Assembly (NCBI GenBank): GCA_963675295.2
Contig: CAXXKJ010000002.1
Location: 2,656,001 to 2,720,000, forward strand
DNA length: 64,000 nt
Source: a bacterium
GTDB taxonomy: Bacteria > Electryoneota > Electryoneia > Electryoneales > Electryoneaceae
Direction: 5' to 3'
Shown here: piece by piece, positions 1-9,036 of the stretch
Layout of the letters: the number at the start of each line of letters is the position of its first letter
Numbering within the stretch: position 1 is the stretch's first letter
Notes under the pieces: model-generated
Told to the model about the DNA's origin: nothing
Database searches by the model: none
Seen by the model: the letters and a program-made list of their open reading frames with translations, nothing else
Made by a program: the position numbers and the translations under genes

Positions 1-273
1 GCTGGTGCCGAGCAGCGGTCCGGGGGTGCGTGACCAGGTACCGTCCAGCACTTCGTCGAGAAAATCGTCCGCGGCGTCGTTGTTGATCACTTCCTGCGCG
101 AGGATGATGTCCGGATCGATCTCGTTGATGATCGTCGCGAACTCATCATTGCGGTCGTTGCTGGTAGTGCTATAATTCAGCAGATTGTAGGTCATCACAC
201 GGATGGTATAATCCTGTGCGACGGCAAACGTCGCCAACAGCATGGCGATCAGAACAAGCAGTGTACTGCGCAT
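1..273 (-). CDS. Secreted endonuclease/exonuclease/phosphatase (EEP) family protein, partial (runs off the window start)
   Basis: Not in the ORF track; translated by hand: MRSTLLVLIAMLLATFAVAQDYTIRVMTYNLLNY...DPDIILAQEV. Signal peptide, EEP motifs (RVMTYN, DIILAQE) and GAGG upstream of the ATG. Confidence 0.8.
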   Translation of the reverse strand, partial: MRSTLLVLIAMLLATFAVAQDYTIRVMTYNLLNYSTTSNDRNDEFATIINEIDPDIILAQEVINNDAADDFLDEVLDGTWSRTPGPLLGTS

Positions 274-491
274 CGTATGCCTCAAACTTACACGTTGGAA
301 ATCTTGACGTTGCGTGAAACGGGTGATTCCCGCTTCCAATCTTTGAGTATGATACCGTTTCCACGACGAGTCAATGTGAGACCGGTCTTTTGGAGCTTTT
401 TGCTTTCGTGATGGGAGTTCGTGCCTGACTATCACACGAGTCTTCTGAACCAGTACATTAGCAAAACTCAATCCCGACGCTGGTAGCTTTG

Positions 492-2468
492 ATGCCCGAT
501 CCGACTGAACGTTTCCGCAAGATCCTGTTTCACGCGATGGCTGCGGTCACTGCAGTGATTGTGCCGTTGTCGTTTTCCACGGCGACGCTGGACCCCGGTC
601 TGATGTTCCGGTTTACGGTCTGGGCAGGCTGTCTGGCGATTGTTGCAGCGATGGTGCTGTGGGGTAGCGTGAGGTACAAGAGTTTACGCTCGCATGGCTT
701 GTGGCGGTCGGGACTGGTGCTTACAGGTGGGTTGTATGTGCTCGCGGCGGCGATTGGTTTCTGGGTGGCGATCGATAAGCCGGACTGGTTGTACGCCACC
801 CTGCGGACCGCGCTGCTGGTGTCGCACATGGTGCTGTTCGCCCTGATCCTGCTCTGGAACCGTGAACGCTGGCAGCAGCTCGCGTATTACACCGCCTCCT
901 TCATGCTGCTGATCTCGCTGGTCGGGATTCTGCAATGGGGCAGCCCGCTATTCCGGATCGGGATGCTCGACCCGCCGTACGGTACGATGATGCACGAGAA
1001 CCTGTTCGCCTCTTTCCTGTTCCTCTCCACCCCGTTAACCCTGTATGGCGCGATCCGGATGAAGAAGTTGTCGCGGTTGCTGTTCTTCGCGGCGCTGTTG
1101 GCAATGGTGGCGGCTGTAGTAGTTTCGACGACACGCGCGACGTGGATCGCGCTGACACTCGGCGCGTCAATCGCCGGAATGATCTTTGTTATTGGTGACC
1201 GCAAAATCGGCGTCAAGAAGCTCTGGGGAACCGGCATCCAGAAGCGAGTCGCGGCGCTTGCGCTGTCGGTGGTGTTGCTGGCGGGGGCGGTGGTGTTTGT
1301 CACCTTTGTCTCGGACCAGTTCGACGATCTGCAGGAGCGTACGCTGCTGTGGCAACGCACGTTGGAACTAACCGAGCTGCATCCGGTCACCGGGCTCGGT
1401 GCGGGCAACTGGGTGCAGTACACCAACATCGAGAACATGCGCAACCGGATCTCTCAGGCAAACTGGATCCGTCCGCACAACGACCCGCTCTGGGTGCTGT
1501 CGGAAACCGGCATCATCGGCCTGATCGGCTATCTCGGGTTGTTCGCGATGGCGTTCTGGTTGAATTGGCGCGCGATCCGTGAAGCGAAGGACAACGAAAC
1601 CCGGTGGCTGGCGGGGCTGGTGCTGTTCGCGCTGATCGGCTTCTTCCTGATCTCCAATTCCGGCTTCCCGCGTGAACGGCTGGAACACAGCGCCTACTTT
1701 GCGACCTATCTGGCGCTGTCCTTTTTTGTCTACCGCATGGCAATCCCGTCGAAGGAAACCGGTAAACGGGCCATTGGAGTACGCGTGACCGCGATTGCCG
1801 TCTTGCTGCTGGCGTCATTTGCGACGGTGGTTGGCGTTTACCGTACCAAGGGCGAATCGCGTGTGCGTATGGCTCATGCCGCGTTGGCCTCGGAACACTA
1901 CGAGGTTGTCATCCCGGTGCTTCGTGACGCGAAGAACCCGTTCTTCGATTGTCATCCGAACGGTCTGCCGATCGAGTACATGCGCGGGATCGCGTACTAC
2001 GAGCAGAAGAACTACGAGCAGGCGCGGAAGAATTTCGAGTACGCAGTGAACAAGAATGGCTACCAGGGGATGAGCATGTGGTGGCTGGGCCGGACCTATG
2101 TCCACACCGAACAGTACCCGAAAGCGGCGGAGATGTTCACCCGTGTGCTCGAATGGTGGCCGGACAACATCTTCAGCCTGCCGGGCCTCGCGTTGTCGTA
2201 TTACCAGATGAACGAGTACGAGCTGGCCTACAAGTACATGCTACGCTACCAGAAGCAGTACGATCCGCAACGTCACCGGCAGTCGTACGCCAGTTTATGG
2301 CAGGCGATTCAGCAACGGTTGACACCGGAGCAGATGGCTGCGTTGGATCAGGAGGTCGAAGAGGTCGAGCTCAGGCGTGCGAAGGAAAAGCGCGGAAAGC
2401 GGCACATCGAGTTGATCCAGGAAAAGCAGCGGGAGCGTCTGGGAATCGAACCCAGCCAGGGCGATTAA
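492..2468 (+). CDS. O-antigen ligase (Wzy_C) family membrane protein with C-terminal TPR repeats
   Basis: About 12 hydrophobic segments, STTRATW, R-x-x-LW, HPVTGLGAGNW and PHND motifs, followed by TPR-like helices (RGIAYYEQKNYEQARKNF; LGRTYVHTEQYPKA). Confidence 0.8.
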   Translation: MPDPTERFRKILFHAMAAVTAVIVPLSFSTATLDPGLMFRFTVWAGCLAIVAAMVLWGSVRYKSLRSHGLWRSGLVLTGGLYVLAAAIGFWVAIDKPDWLYATLRTALLVSHMVLFALILLWNRERWQQLAYYTASFMLLISLVGILQWGSPLFRIGMLDPPYGTMMHENLFASFLFLSTPLTLYGAIRMKKLSRLLFFAALLAMVAAVVVSTTRATWIALTLGASIAGMIFVIGDRKIGVKKLWGTGIQKRVAALALSVVLLAGAVVFVTFVSDQFDDLQERTLLWQRTLELTELHPVTGLGAGNWVQYTNIENMRNRISQANWIRPHNDPLWVLSETGIIGLIGYLGLFAMAFWLNWRAIREAKDNETRWLAGLVLFALIGFFLISNSGFPRERLEHSAYFATYLALSFFVYRMAIPSKETGKRAIGVRVTAIAVLLLASFATVVGVYRTKGESRVRMAHAALASEHYEVVIPVLRDAKNPFFDCHPNGLPIEYMRGIAYYEQKNYEQARKNFEYAVNKNGYQGMSMWWLGRTYVHTEQYPKAAEMFTRVLEWWPDNIFSLPGLALSYYQMNEYELAYKYMLRYQKQYDPQRHRQSYASLWQAIQQRLTPEQMAALDQEVEEVELRRAKEKRGKRHIELIQEKQRERLGIEPSQGD

Positions 2469-2527
2469 ACCCCACAACGGTTTTGAAGACCGCGGCGTCC
2501 ACCAGGAACACATCCGCCCCCGAAACA

Positions 2528-2562
2528 CAGTCGTCAGTTGTCAGTACTCAGTGGTCAGTCAG
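2528..2562. repeat. Degenerate heptamer tandem repeat (CAGTnnT)
   Basis: CAGTCGT CAGTTGT CAGTACT CAGTGGT CAGTCAG at the convergent gene junction. Confidence 0.55.
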
Positions 2563-3970
2563 CACGGAAGAGGTCGTAGATCCCCCCGAATGCGCCGTTG
2601 GAGAAGATAAGCACCACATCCCCCGCTTTGCCCGTGCTCCGGATCATCCCGGCCAGCTCGGAAACGTCGTCCAAGGATTGTCCCTTGACCCCGCAGTCGC
2701 GCAGTTCGTTAAGCACCGCGTCACGGTTCAACCTTTCGTCGAACGGAATCCGCTCGGCACGGTGAATCGGGCCGAAATAGACCTCGTCCGCCGCCTGCAA
2801 CGCACTTGCCAGCACGTCCTGATGCAACCGCCGGACCATCGTGTTCGATCGCGGTTCGATCAGCACACGCAAGCGTTTTCCCGGCCATCGCGCCCTTGCG
2901 GCGGCGATGGTTTCCTTCATCGCGGTCGGGTGATGACCGAAATCGTCGATGTAGGTGACACCGTCCCGCTCGAGAAACACTTCCATCCGCCGGCGGATGC
3001 CCTTGAACTGCATCAGCGCCTCGGTGATGTCCGGAACGGTTGCGCCCATCAATGTTGTCGCGGCGACAGCAGCAATGGTGTTCCGCAGGTTGTGCATCCC
3101 GGCAAGCGGGACCGCCAGCTCGGCATACCGATTCCCGCCACGGTCGATCACCAGCCCGCTGAACCCTCCGGAGATTCCGGTGTAGGTTCCTTTCCAGTGT
3201 GCGTCCGCGGCGAAGCCGTAGGTCTGTACCCGGCTGTGTGCGTGTTTCGCCAACGCCAGCGCACGGCGGTCGTCCGCACAGGTCAGCAGAGTGCCGTCCG
3301 GCGGGATCAGCCGCAGCATGAATTGGAAGCTGCGTTCAATCGCGTCGATGTCGTCGTAGATGTCCGCATGATCCATTTCGACGGACGTAACAATGGCGAT
3401 ATACGGTAGATAGTGGAAGAACTTCGCGCGTTTGTCGAAGAAGGCGGTGTCGTATTCGTCACCCTCGATCACGAACGGCTTGTCCACTGCCCCCAGCCGA
3501 GCGGACGATGGCAAGTCGAGCGGCTGGCCGCCGATCAACCAGCCCGGTTCGAGCCCGCAGGCGTGCATCAGGTAGGCGGTCAAGGTGGTGGTGGTGGTTT
3601 TGCCGTGCGTGCCGGCGACGACCACTGGACGTCGTTGCCGCAACACATGCAGCCGCAGAAATTCCGGCAGGCTGGTGTAAGGGATTCGGCGTCGCAGCAT
3701 CTCCTCGACCTCCACCTGTCCCCGGCTGAAAGCGTTGCCGACGACAACCAGGTCCGGTTTCCACTCGAGGTTCTGTTCGGCGAAACCGGTGTAAATGGTG
3801 ACGCCCAGTTCCTTGACCATCTCAGACGCTGGCGGATAGAGCGGATTGTCGCTGCCGCGTACCTCGAAGCCAGCCTCTATTGCGATGCGTGCTCCGGCGA
3901 GCATCCCGGTGCCGCCGATGCCGATAAAGTGGATTTTCATCGGGCGGTTGTTTGTGACGTTGTCGGGCAT
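2555..3970 (-). CDS. mpl: Murein peptide ligase Mpl (UDP-MurNAc:L-Ala-gamma-D-Glu-meso-DAP ligase)
   Basis: IHFIGIGGTGM, VAGTHGKTTTT, EGDEYDTAFFDKRAKF, DDFGHHPTA and EPRSNTM motifs. Start at 3970 overlaps the upstream stop (TAATG); 3940 is an alternative start. Confidence 0.9.
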   Translation of the reverse strand: MPDNVTNNRPMKIHFIGIGGTGMLAGARIAIEAGFEVRGSDNPLYPPASEMVKELGVTIYTGFAEQNLEWKPDLVVVGNAFSRGQVEVEEMLRRRIPYTSLPEFLRLHVLRQRRPVVVAGTHGKTTTTTLTAYLMHACGLEPGWLIGGQPLDLPSSARLGAVDKPFVIEGDEYDTAFFDKRAKFFHYLPYIAIVTSVEMDHADIYDDIDAIERSFQFMLRLIPPDGTLLTCADDRRALALAKHAHSRVQTYGFAADAHWKGTYTGISGGFSGLVIDRGGNRYAELAVPLAGMHNLRNTIAAVAATTLMGATVPDITEALMQFKGIRRRMEVFLERDGVTYIDDFGHHPTAMKETIAAARARWPGKRLRVLIEPRSNTMVRRLHQDVLASALQAADEVYFGPIHRAERIPFDERLNRDAVLNELRDCGVKGQSLDDVSELAGMIRSTGKAGDVVLIFSNGAFGGIYDLFRAD

Positions 3971-6900
3971 TAGCGGAAGTAGGGGTCCAGGTTGAGGTTG
4001 ACGTAAACGACAGTGCGGTCGAGCCAATCCTGTCCGGACCACGTTTGCAGGTCGTCCCACGACATGCCGACGCTGTCTTCTGTCCGGTACAGTGGTGCGA
4101 CGCGTGCGTGCAGCGAAAGCCCGTACAGGTCGGCCATGGCGGCTTCAACGCCCAGTTCGCCCATGAAGGCGATGTGATTCTTTTCCCGGTTGAAACGGTC
4201 AAGGTCGTGCATCGCCGCACCGGCTTCGAAGATACCGAAGCGCAAGCGGTCGAGGAAACGGTCAACATGAACCTCGCCGGTCTTGCGCATGAAGCCGGGC
4301 AACTGGTGAAGCTGCGACAGGCGTAGAATGAGGAAGCGGTCGGTGTAGTACGATCCGAGGTCGGAACTCAGCGTTGCTGGCGCGTAGACTCGCGGCATGC
4401 GGCTGTAGTGATGCGGTGAATAGTCGTACGGGCTGGTGTCGAGTTCGGTCCACGCACCGCCGTACAACGGGCTGCCCAAGACCTCGTACGGCGATCCTCC
4501 GCCGGGCGAATCAATGAACCGTGCCGGTGGTTTGCCCTCGGAGACGGACAGACGGGTCTCAACGCCCAGCGCCCAGTTCCATGGCAGGCGGTTGCTCATC
4601 GTCATCGACCACGTCGCGACGTTGAAATCGTCGTCGAGACCGGCGGTCCAGTGGAGTTGCTGTTTCCAAGGCGTCCGGCCCCACCTGCCGTCGAATTCGG
4701 CTTGCATGCGGATGTAGGGCGAAGCCGCGTCCTGGCTGGCGTAATCGTAGTCGTGTACGATTCGCGGCCCGATGCTCGCCTGCACAACGCGTTCCGGTTG
4801 AGTCGTGCCGGAAGTCCACCGTGTTGTTGCCGGTCCGCTGGCGGACAACGTGGAGGTCAGTGTTGGAGCTTCCCGCTCCCACGTCCCCGCCTTGATGCTC
4901 CATGTGATGCGGTTGATCGCGGAATTCCACTTCCGCCACGATCTCCGCAGGCCGATTTCGCCCCACGTGTCGCCGTGCATCCTGCCGAAATACAGCGTGC
5001 CGTAGGTCGGACCGAAATCACGGTTGATCGGCGTTGCAAATCCGACGCGGTATAGTGGCAGGTAGGTGTTGATCTGATCGGTCGGGACGAGGAAATCGGC
5101 GAGCAGAATGTCTTCCCGTTCGAGATACGAACCTCGCACCGACAGTCCAGCCATCAGGCGTGTGTCGATGTTGTAGCCGAGGGCCGGGGAAACGTTCATC
5201 TGCCACTGCGTTAACGACGGCAGCTCCATCGGCAGGAAGATCGGATCGATCACCAGTTTGGGTGTCTGCCGCGGCCATCGATTGTTTTCCGGCTCACGGT
5301 CGGTCCAGAAGCCGTCTGGATCGAGAAGGATTTGAGCCGGTTTCACATCACCCGCGAGCTGAATCTCGACCTTGAACTGGTCATTCGGCATGTGCCACTG
5401 ATCCCATGACGCCCAGCGTTCATAGCCTTCGGGGATGCGATCCGTCGGTAGGAACGGGACCGCGCCACGCAGCGTATCGCCTTGATTCGTAACCACGCCG
5501 ATCAGCGGCGGGATCTTCATCTCGTCCTTGCGGTGAACGGTGAATGTCAGCGTGTTCCCGCCGTTCGGGTTGTGGTCGAGATCGACGTTTTCCAGCGCGT
5601 AATCCAGGTCCACGCCCGAATACAGAAACTGGTCGAAGAACCATTTCAAGGATTGTCCGGAGGCGTCCTCGAACGACGATATGATGTCCTGTCCGCTGAC
5701 ATGGGTCAGAGCATGACCTTGATACAGTAGCTTGAAGCCGTTCCAGAACGCTTCGTCGCCGATCACACCACGCAACGTGTTGAGCATGACGGGGCCTTTG
5801 TAATACGAAGACACGCGCAGTAACAGATAGTCGTCTGCCGTATCACTGGCCCGCACCATCGGCAGGTCTTCGCCGGCGAGGACGGCTTCGAGGTACGGCC
5901 GTTGCCCACGGACATCCGCGTCCCGCACGATCATCTCTTCGCTGAACAGTCCGCGCGAATAGGTGCGGTACTTGTTGACCTCTGTGCCTTCGTACATCGT
6001 CAGCAGGACATGCTCGAGATACGTGGTGAATCCTTCGTCGATCCACTGCTCGTCCTGCGAATTGGAATGCAGGATCATCGGGGTGTAGTTGTGCACGACT
6101 TCGTGGATCATCACTTGCACATACTGCGGCGAACTCCAGCTCATCAGGGTCAGCATCGGGTATTCCATCGCCGACCACGAATACGACGCCTTCACTCGCG
6201 GCCACGGATATGGCCCGTAGATGTCTTCCAACTGCTGAATCGTCCAGCCGCAAACCTCGGCGGCGTCGCTCCAGTCGTCCGTCTGATCACGCCGGGAAAA
6301 CGACCACGCCTCGAAGTGGCCGAAATCGACACGGTCAATCAGGAATTTCGGGTCCATCGCGAAGGACACGTCCGGAACGCGATCCGCTTGGAAAATCCAG
6401 GTGATCGGACGTTCGCCCTCTTCCCCCTCCGGAATCGGTACGGGGAATGGGTTGCCGAGGGTCAGCCCCTTCATGCGTTCCGGCGGCAGCACTTCAGACT
6501 CGTTTACCAGCTCGCCGGTCGAGGCGATGATGTACTTGTAGGGAACAGTGTAACGGATGGTAAAGTCGCCGAATTCGCCGTACGCTTCCCCGGTACCGAA
6601 ATAGCGGTTGACAGTCCAGCCGAACTCGGGTGTGTACGGGCAGATCTGTGGATACCAGTACGCGCCCTTGTATTGCCCACGTGAATACCCCATCCGCGAC
6701 TGCGATCCGCCGGTGGGAAACCTGGTGGTGAACGGAATGACGAACGTCGCCGAATCTCCGGGCAGGATCGCCGGAAACAGGCTCAGTTGCCCGATGCTGT
6801 AGTCCTGGTCGAAGGAAACGTCACGGCCATCGAGGGAGCTGACTGTTCCTACCGTGAGATCGCCCCAGGTGTCTTCCGGTTGCCGTGACCAGTGCTTGTC

Positions 6901-7200
6901 TCGGCTGCGCATTCGTGTCTGATCGACCACGCTTCCGCCCTGCAGCGCTGCCGGCGGCAGGCGAAACCAGATCACGTCGAGTTCGTCAGGCGAGTTGTTG
7001 ACGTAAGTGATCGTCGCCGTGCCACTCATCGAACGCAGGCTGTCGATCAGGGTGACGTCGATGTCGTAATTCACGGACTGTTGCCAGTCCGGTGTTCGCT
7101 CGGCGAAGGAAACGGGTGCGATGCAGAGGGTGAGACTGAGTGTAACCAGAATTGCTGCGAGGGGGAGTTTTACGCGATACCGTTGGGGATCGTCAATCAT
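3970..7200 (-). CDS. M1 family zinc aminopeptidase with a long, probably beta-barrel C-terminal extension
   Basis: Signal peptide, WQQSVNYDIDV, SAMEYP (GAMEN-like), HEVVH...WIDEG (HExxH-x18-E) and YYKG; about 430 further residues rich in amphipathic strands. Confidence 0.85.
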   Translation of the reverse strand: MIDDPQRYRVKLPLAAILVTLSLTLCIAPVSFAERTPDWQQSVNYDIDVTLIDSLRSMSGTATITYVNNSPDELDVIWFRLPPAALQGGSVVDQTRMRSRDKHWSRQPEDTWGDLTVGTVSSLDGRDVSFDQDYSIGQLSLFPAILPGDSATFVIPFTTRFPTGGSQSRMGYSRGQYKGAYWYPQICPYTPEFGWTVNRYFGTGEAYGEFGDFTIRYTVPYKYIIASTGELVNESEVLPPERMKGLTLGNPFPVPIPEGEEGERPITWIFQADRVPDVSFAMDPKFLIDRVDFGHFEAWSFSRRDQTDDWSDAAEVCGWTIQQLEDIYGPYPWPRVKASYSWSAMEYPMLTLMSWSSPQYVQVMIHEVVHNYTPMILHSNSQDEQWIDEGFTTYLEHVLLTMYEGTEVNKYRTYSRGLFSEEMIVRDADVRGQRPYLEAVLAGEDLPMVRASDTADDYLLLRVSSYYKGPVMLNTLRGVIGDEAFWNGFKLLYQGHALTHVSGQDIISSFEDASGQSLKWFFDQFLYSGVDLDYALENVDLDHNPNGGNTLTFTVHRKDEMKIPPLIGVVTNQGDTLRGAVPFLPTDRIPEGYERWASWDQWHMPNDQFKVEIQLAGDVKPAQILLDPDGFWTDREPENNRWPRQTPKLVIDPIFLPMELPSLTQWQMNVSPALGYNIDTRLMAGLSVRGSYLEREDILLADFLVPTDQINTYLPLYRVGFATPINRDFGPTYGTLYFGRMHGDTWGEIGLRRSWRKWNSAINRITWSIKAGTWEREAPTLTSTLSASGPATTRWTSGTTQPERVVQASIGPRIVHDYDYASQDAASPYIRMQAEFDGRWGRTPWKQQLHWTAGLDDDFNVATWSMTMSNRLPWNWALGVETRLSVSEGKPPARFIDSPGGGSPYEVLGSPLYGGAWTELDTSPYDYSPHHYSRMPRVYAPATLSSDLGSYYTDRFLILRLSQLHQLPGFMRKTGEVHVDRFLDRLRFGIFEAGAAMHDLDRFNREKNHIAFMGELGVEAAMADLYGLSLHARVAPLYRTEDSVGMSWDDLQTWSGQDWLDRTVVYVNLNLDPYFR

Positions 7201-8068
7201 ACTCGGCGTACAGGGTTTCGGTGAGGTTGATCTGATCCAGCCCACGTTTCCGCTCCTCGGTCGTATAATAGTAGTTGGGCGAGAGCTCCATCATGCAGTA
7301 GGTGCGGCCGAGTTCGCGTGCCGCCTGCATGGTCGAACCGGAACCGGCGAACGGATCGAGAACCAGTTCTCCCGGCTGGGTGCTCTTCGATATCAACTTT
7401 TTCAACAGCTTGACGGGTTTTTCCGTGGAATGGGTCAACTTCTTCGTTGACAACTTCGGGAAGTGCAGTACGTTCGATTCGCGCTTGCCATTCAGCACAC
7501 GCCGGCCCTTGTGCAGAAAGATAATCCATTCGTCCTGCGGAGCGTAATCGCCGCGCAAATCGCCACTGCCGTGATTGTTCTTCACCCAGATCAGAGTGCG
7601 CTTGATTTTGAATCCGGCTTCCTTGAACGCTGTGATGAATTCGGGGTAGGTATCATGCCGGCAGAAGCAGTACAGGTGCCGGTCATTTTTCAATACGCGG
7701 AACGCTTCGTGCGCAAAACGCGGAATCCAATCGCCCTGGTTGTCGTTGGCAAGGTGCTGGAACTTGGCGTTGACAACACGCCGGTTCGACTTGTAGTTGA
7801 TGTTGTAGGGTGGGTCAGTGAGGATCAGGTCGACGGTTTCGTCGGGCATGCTGGCGAGTACGTCCTTGTTGTCACCGTACCAGATGGTGTTGTCCCAGGA
7901 GCCGAGGTGGTCACGGCCGTTGAACCTGCGAGTGCCGAGCTCGATGTCGATATCGCTGGGAATCGACAGTTCAGCCGTCGTCTCCTTCAGCTTCTTCTTG
8001 CCGTTACCGTTGAGGACGGGCGGTTCGAAACCTGGCAGGTGCAACTGTTCGTCGTGATGATCGGTCAC
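7193..8068 (-). CDS. Site-specific DNA methyltransferase (N6-A/N4-C, beta class), orphan
   Basis: DLILTDPPY precedes HSTEKP and VLDPFAGSGST (beta-class motif order). GTG start overlaps the upstream TGA. No restriction endonuclease nearby. Confidence 0.9.
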   Translation of the reverse strand: MTDHHDEQLHLPGFEPPVLNGNGKKKLKETTAELSIPSDIDIELGTRRFNGRDHLGSWDNTIWYGDNKDVLASMPDETVDLILTDPPYNINYKSNRRVVNAKFQHLANDNQGDWIPRFAHEAFRVLKNDRHLYCFCRHDTYPEFITAFKEAGFKIKRTLIWVKNNHGSGDLRGDYAPQDEWIIFLHKGRRVLNGKRESNVLHFPKLSTKKLTHSTEKPVKLLKKLISKSTQPGELVLDPFAGSGSTMQAARELGRTYCMMELSPNYYYTTEERKRGLDQINLTETLYAEYD

Positions 8069-9036
8069 GCTGTTGACTCCTCGAATCCCCCATCCGCCTG
8101 ATGCACCCGCAGCAGGCTCAGCACCTCTTCCCTGGTTGGAAGCGTCCCTCTCGCTCCCAGCGCGGTTGTGGACAACGCCGCTGCGGCAGCTGCCCAACGC
8201 ACGCACGCATCAAACGCCCACCCCATCAGCAGGCCGTGAATGAAGCCGGCGTGGAAAATGTCTCCGGCTCCGGTAGTATCGACCGCATCGACCGGATACG
8301 CCGTCATCCACATGGGATCGCCGCCCCTTGCCAGTGCGACCGATCCGCCGGCTCCGTTGGTGATGATCACGCCTTTCGCGGCACCTTCCGGCCCTCGTGC
8401 CAGAAGTTCGCGTGTGGCGTAAAACATGTCAACGTTGCCAAAGTAATCGCGAGTGAAGCTGACCGGGACAATCAGCCAGTCGGTCACCGCGAGCAAGTCG
8501 TCCATGCGGTCGCGAACGTGCCCCGCGTCGAGGACGACATCAACCTCATTATCTCTCGCAATCTTCGCTGCCTCGAGCGCGGCTTCCGTTTCCCAGCCGT
8601 CAAGGAGCAGACAACGAGCGGTTGAGATCGCTTCGGAAGATAACTCATCGGGCGAGAGAGGCGCAAGATCACGATCCAAAACGACCGTTCTGCGTCCCGA
8701 TTTCTTCTCCACCCAAATGGACGCGGACGGAGTGAGAGCCGTGGAGCGGACTTGCAGAGATTCCGTGTGGACTCCGATCTGCTCCAGCTCGGCTCGGATG
8801 CGCTCTCCTTCCACGTCTCCGCCGATACCGGCCTGCAGCGTTGTTCGCCATCCCCAGACCGATAGTTGGCACAATGCGTTCGGAACCGGGCTACCGCTCC
8901 CCTGCCAGCGGTCGAGCGCGACGGTCTTCTGGTCAACCTCCGGATGCTTCTCCACCAGCAACGCACGGTCATAGACCGCCCGTCCGACGCCAACGGCGTC
9001 GAAGGTAGGTCCGGTTGTTGGTGCATTGTCCATCAC
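8065..9036 (-). CDS. PfkB/ribokinase family carbohydrate kinase
   Basis: GVGRAVYD, GSPVPNA, ITNGAGG and AVDTTGAGDIFHAG signatures. Confidence 0.88.
   Translation of the reverse strand: MMDNAPTTGPTFDAVGVGRAVYDRALLVEKHPEVDQKTVALDRWQGSGSPVPNALCQLSVWGWRTTLQAGIGGDVEGERIRAELEQIGVHTESLQVRSTALTPSASIWVEKKSGRRTVVLDRDLAPLSPDELSSEAISTARCLLLDGWETEAALEAAKIARDNEVDVVLDAGHVRDRMDDLLAVTDWLIVPVSFTRDYFGNVDMFYATRELLARGPEGAAKGVIITNGAGGSVALARGGDPMWMTAYPVDAVDTTGAGDIFHAGFIHGLLMGWAFDACVRWAAAAAALSTTALGARGTLPTREEVLSLLRVHQADGGFEESTA

Noticed and set aside
1949-3409. 486-aa plus-strand ORF spanning the convergent junction
   Set aside because: It is an off-frame overlap of the Wzy_C gene plus the antisense of mpl; Arg/Ala/Gly-rich with no motifs, as expected for a GC-rich shadow ORF.
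7193-8068. Restriction-modification or defence island around the MTase
   Set aside because: No endonuclease, specificity subunit, integrase or evident composition shift; the flanking genes are housekeeping and overlap it.
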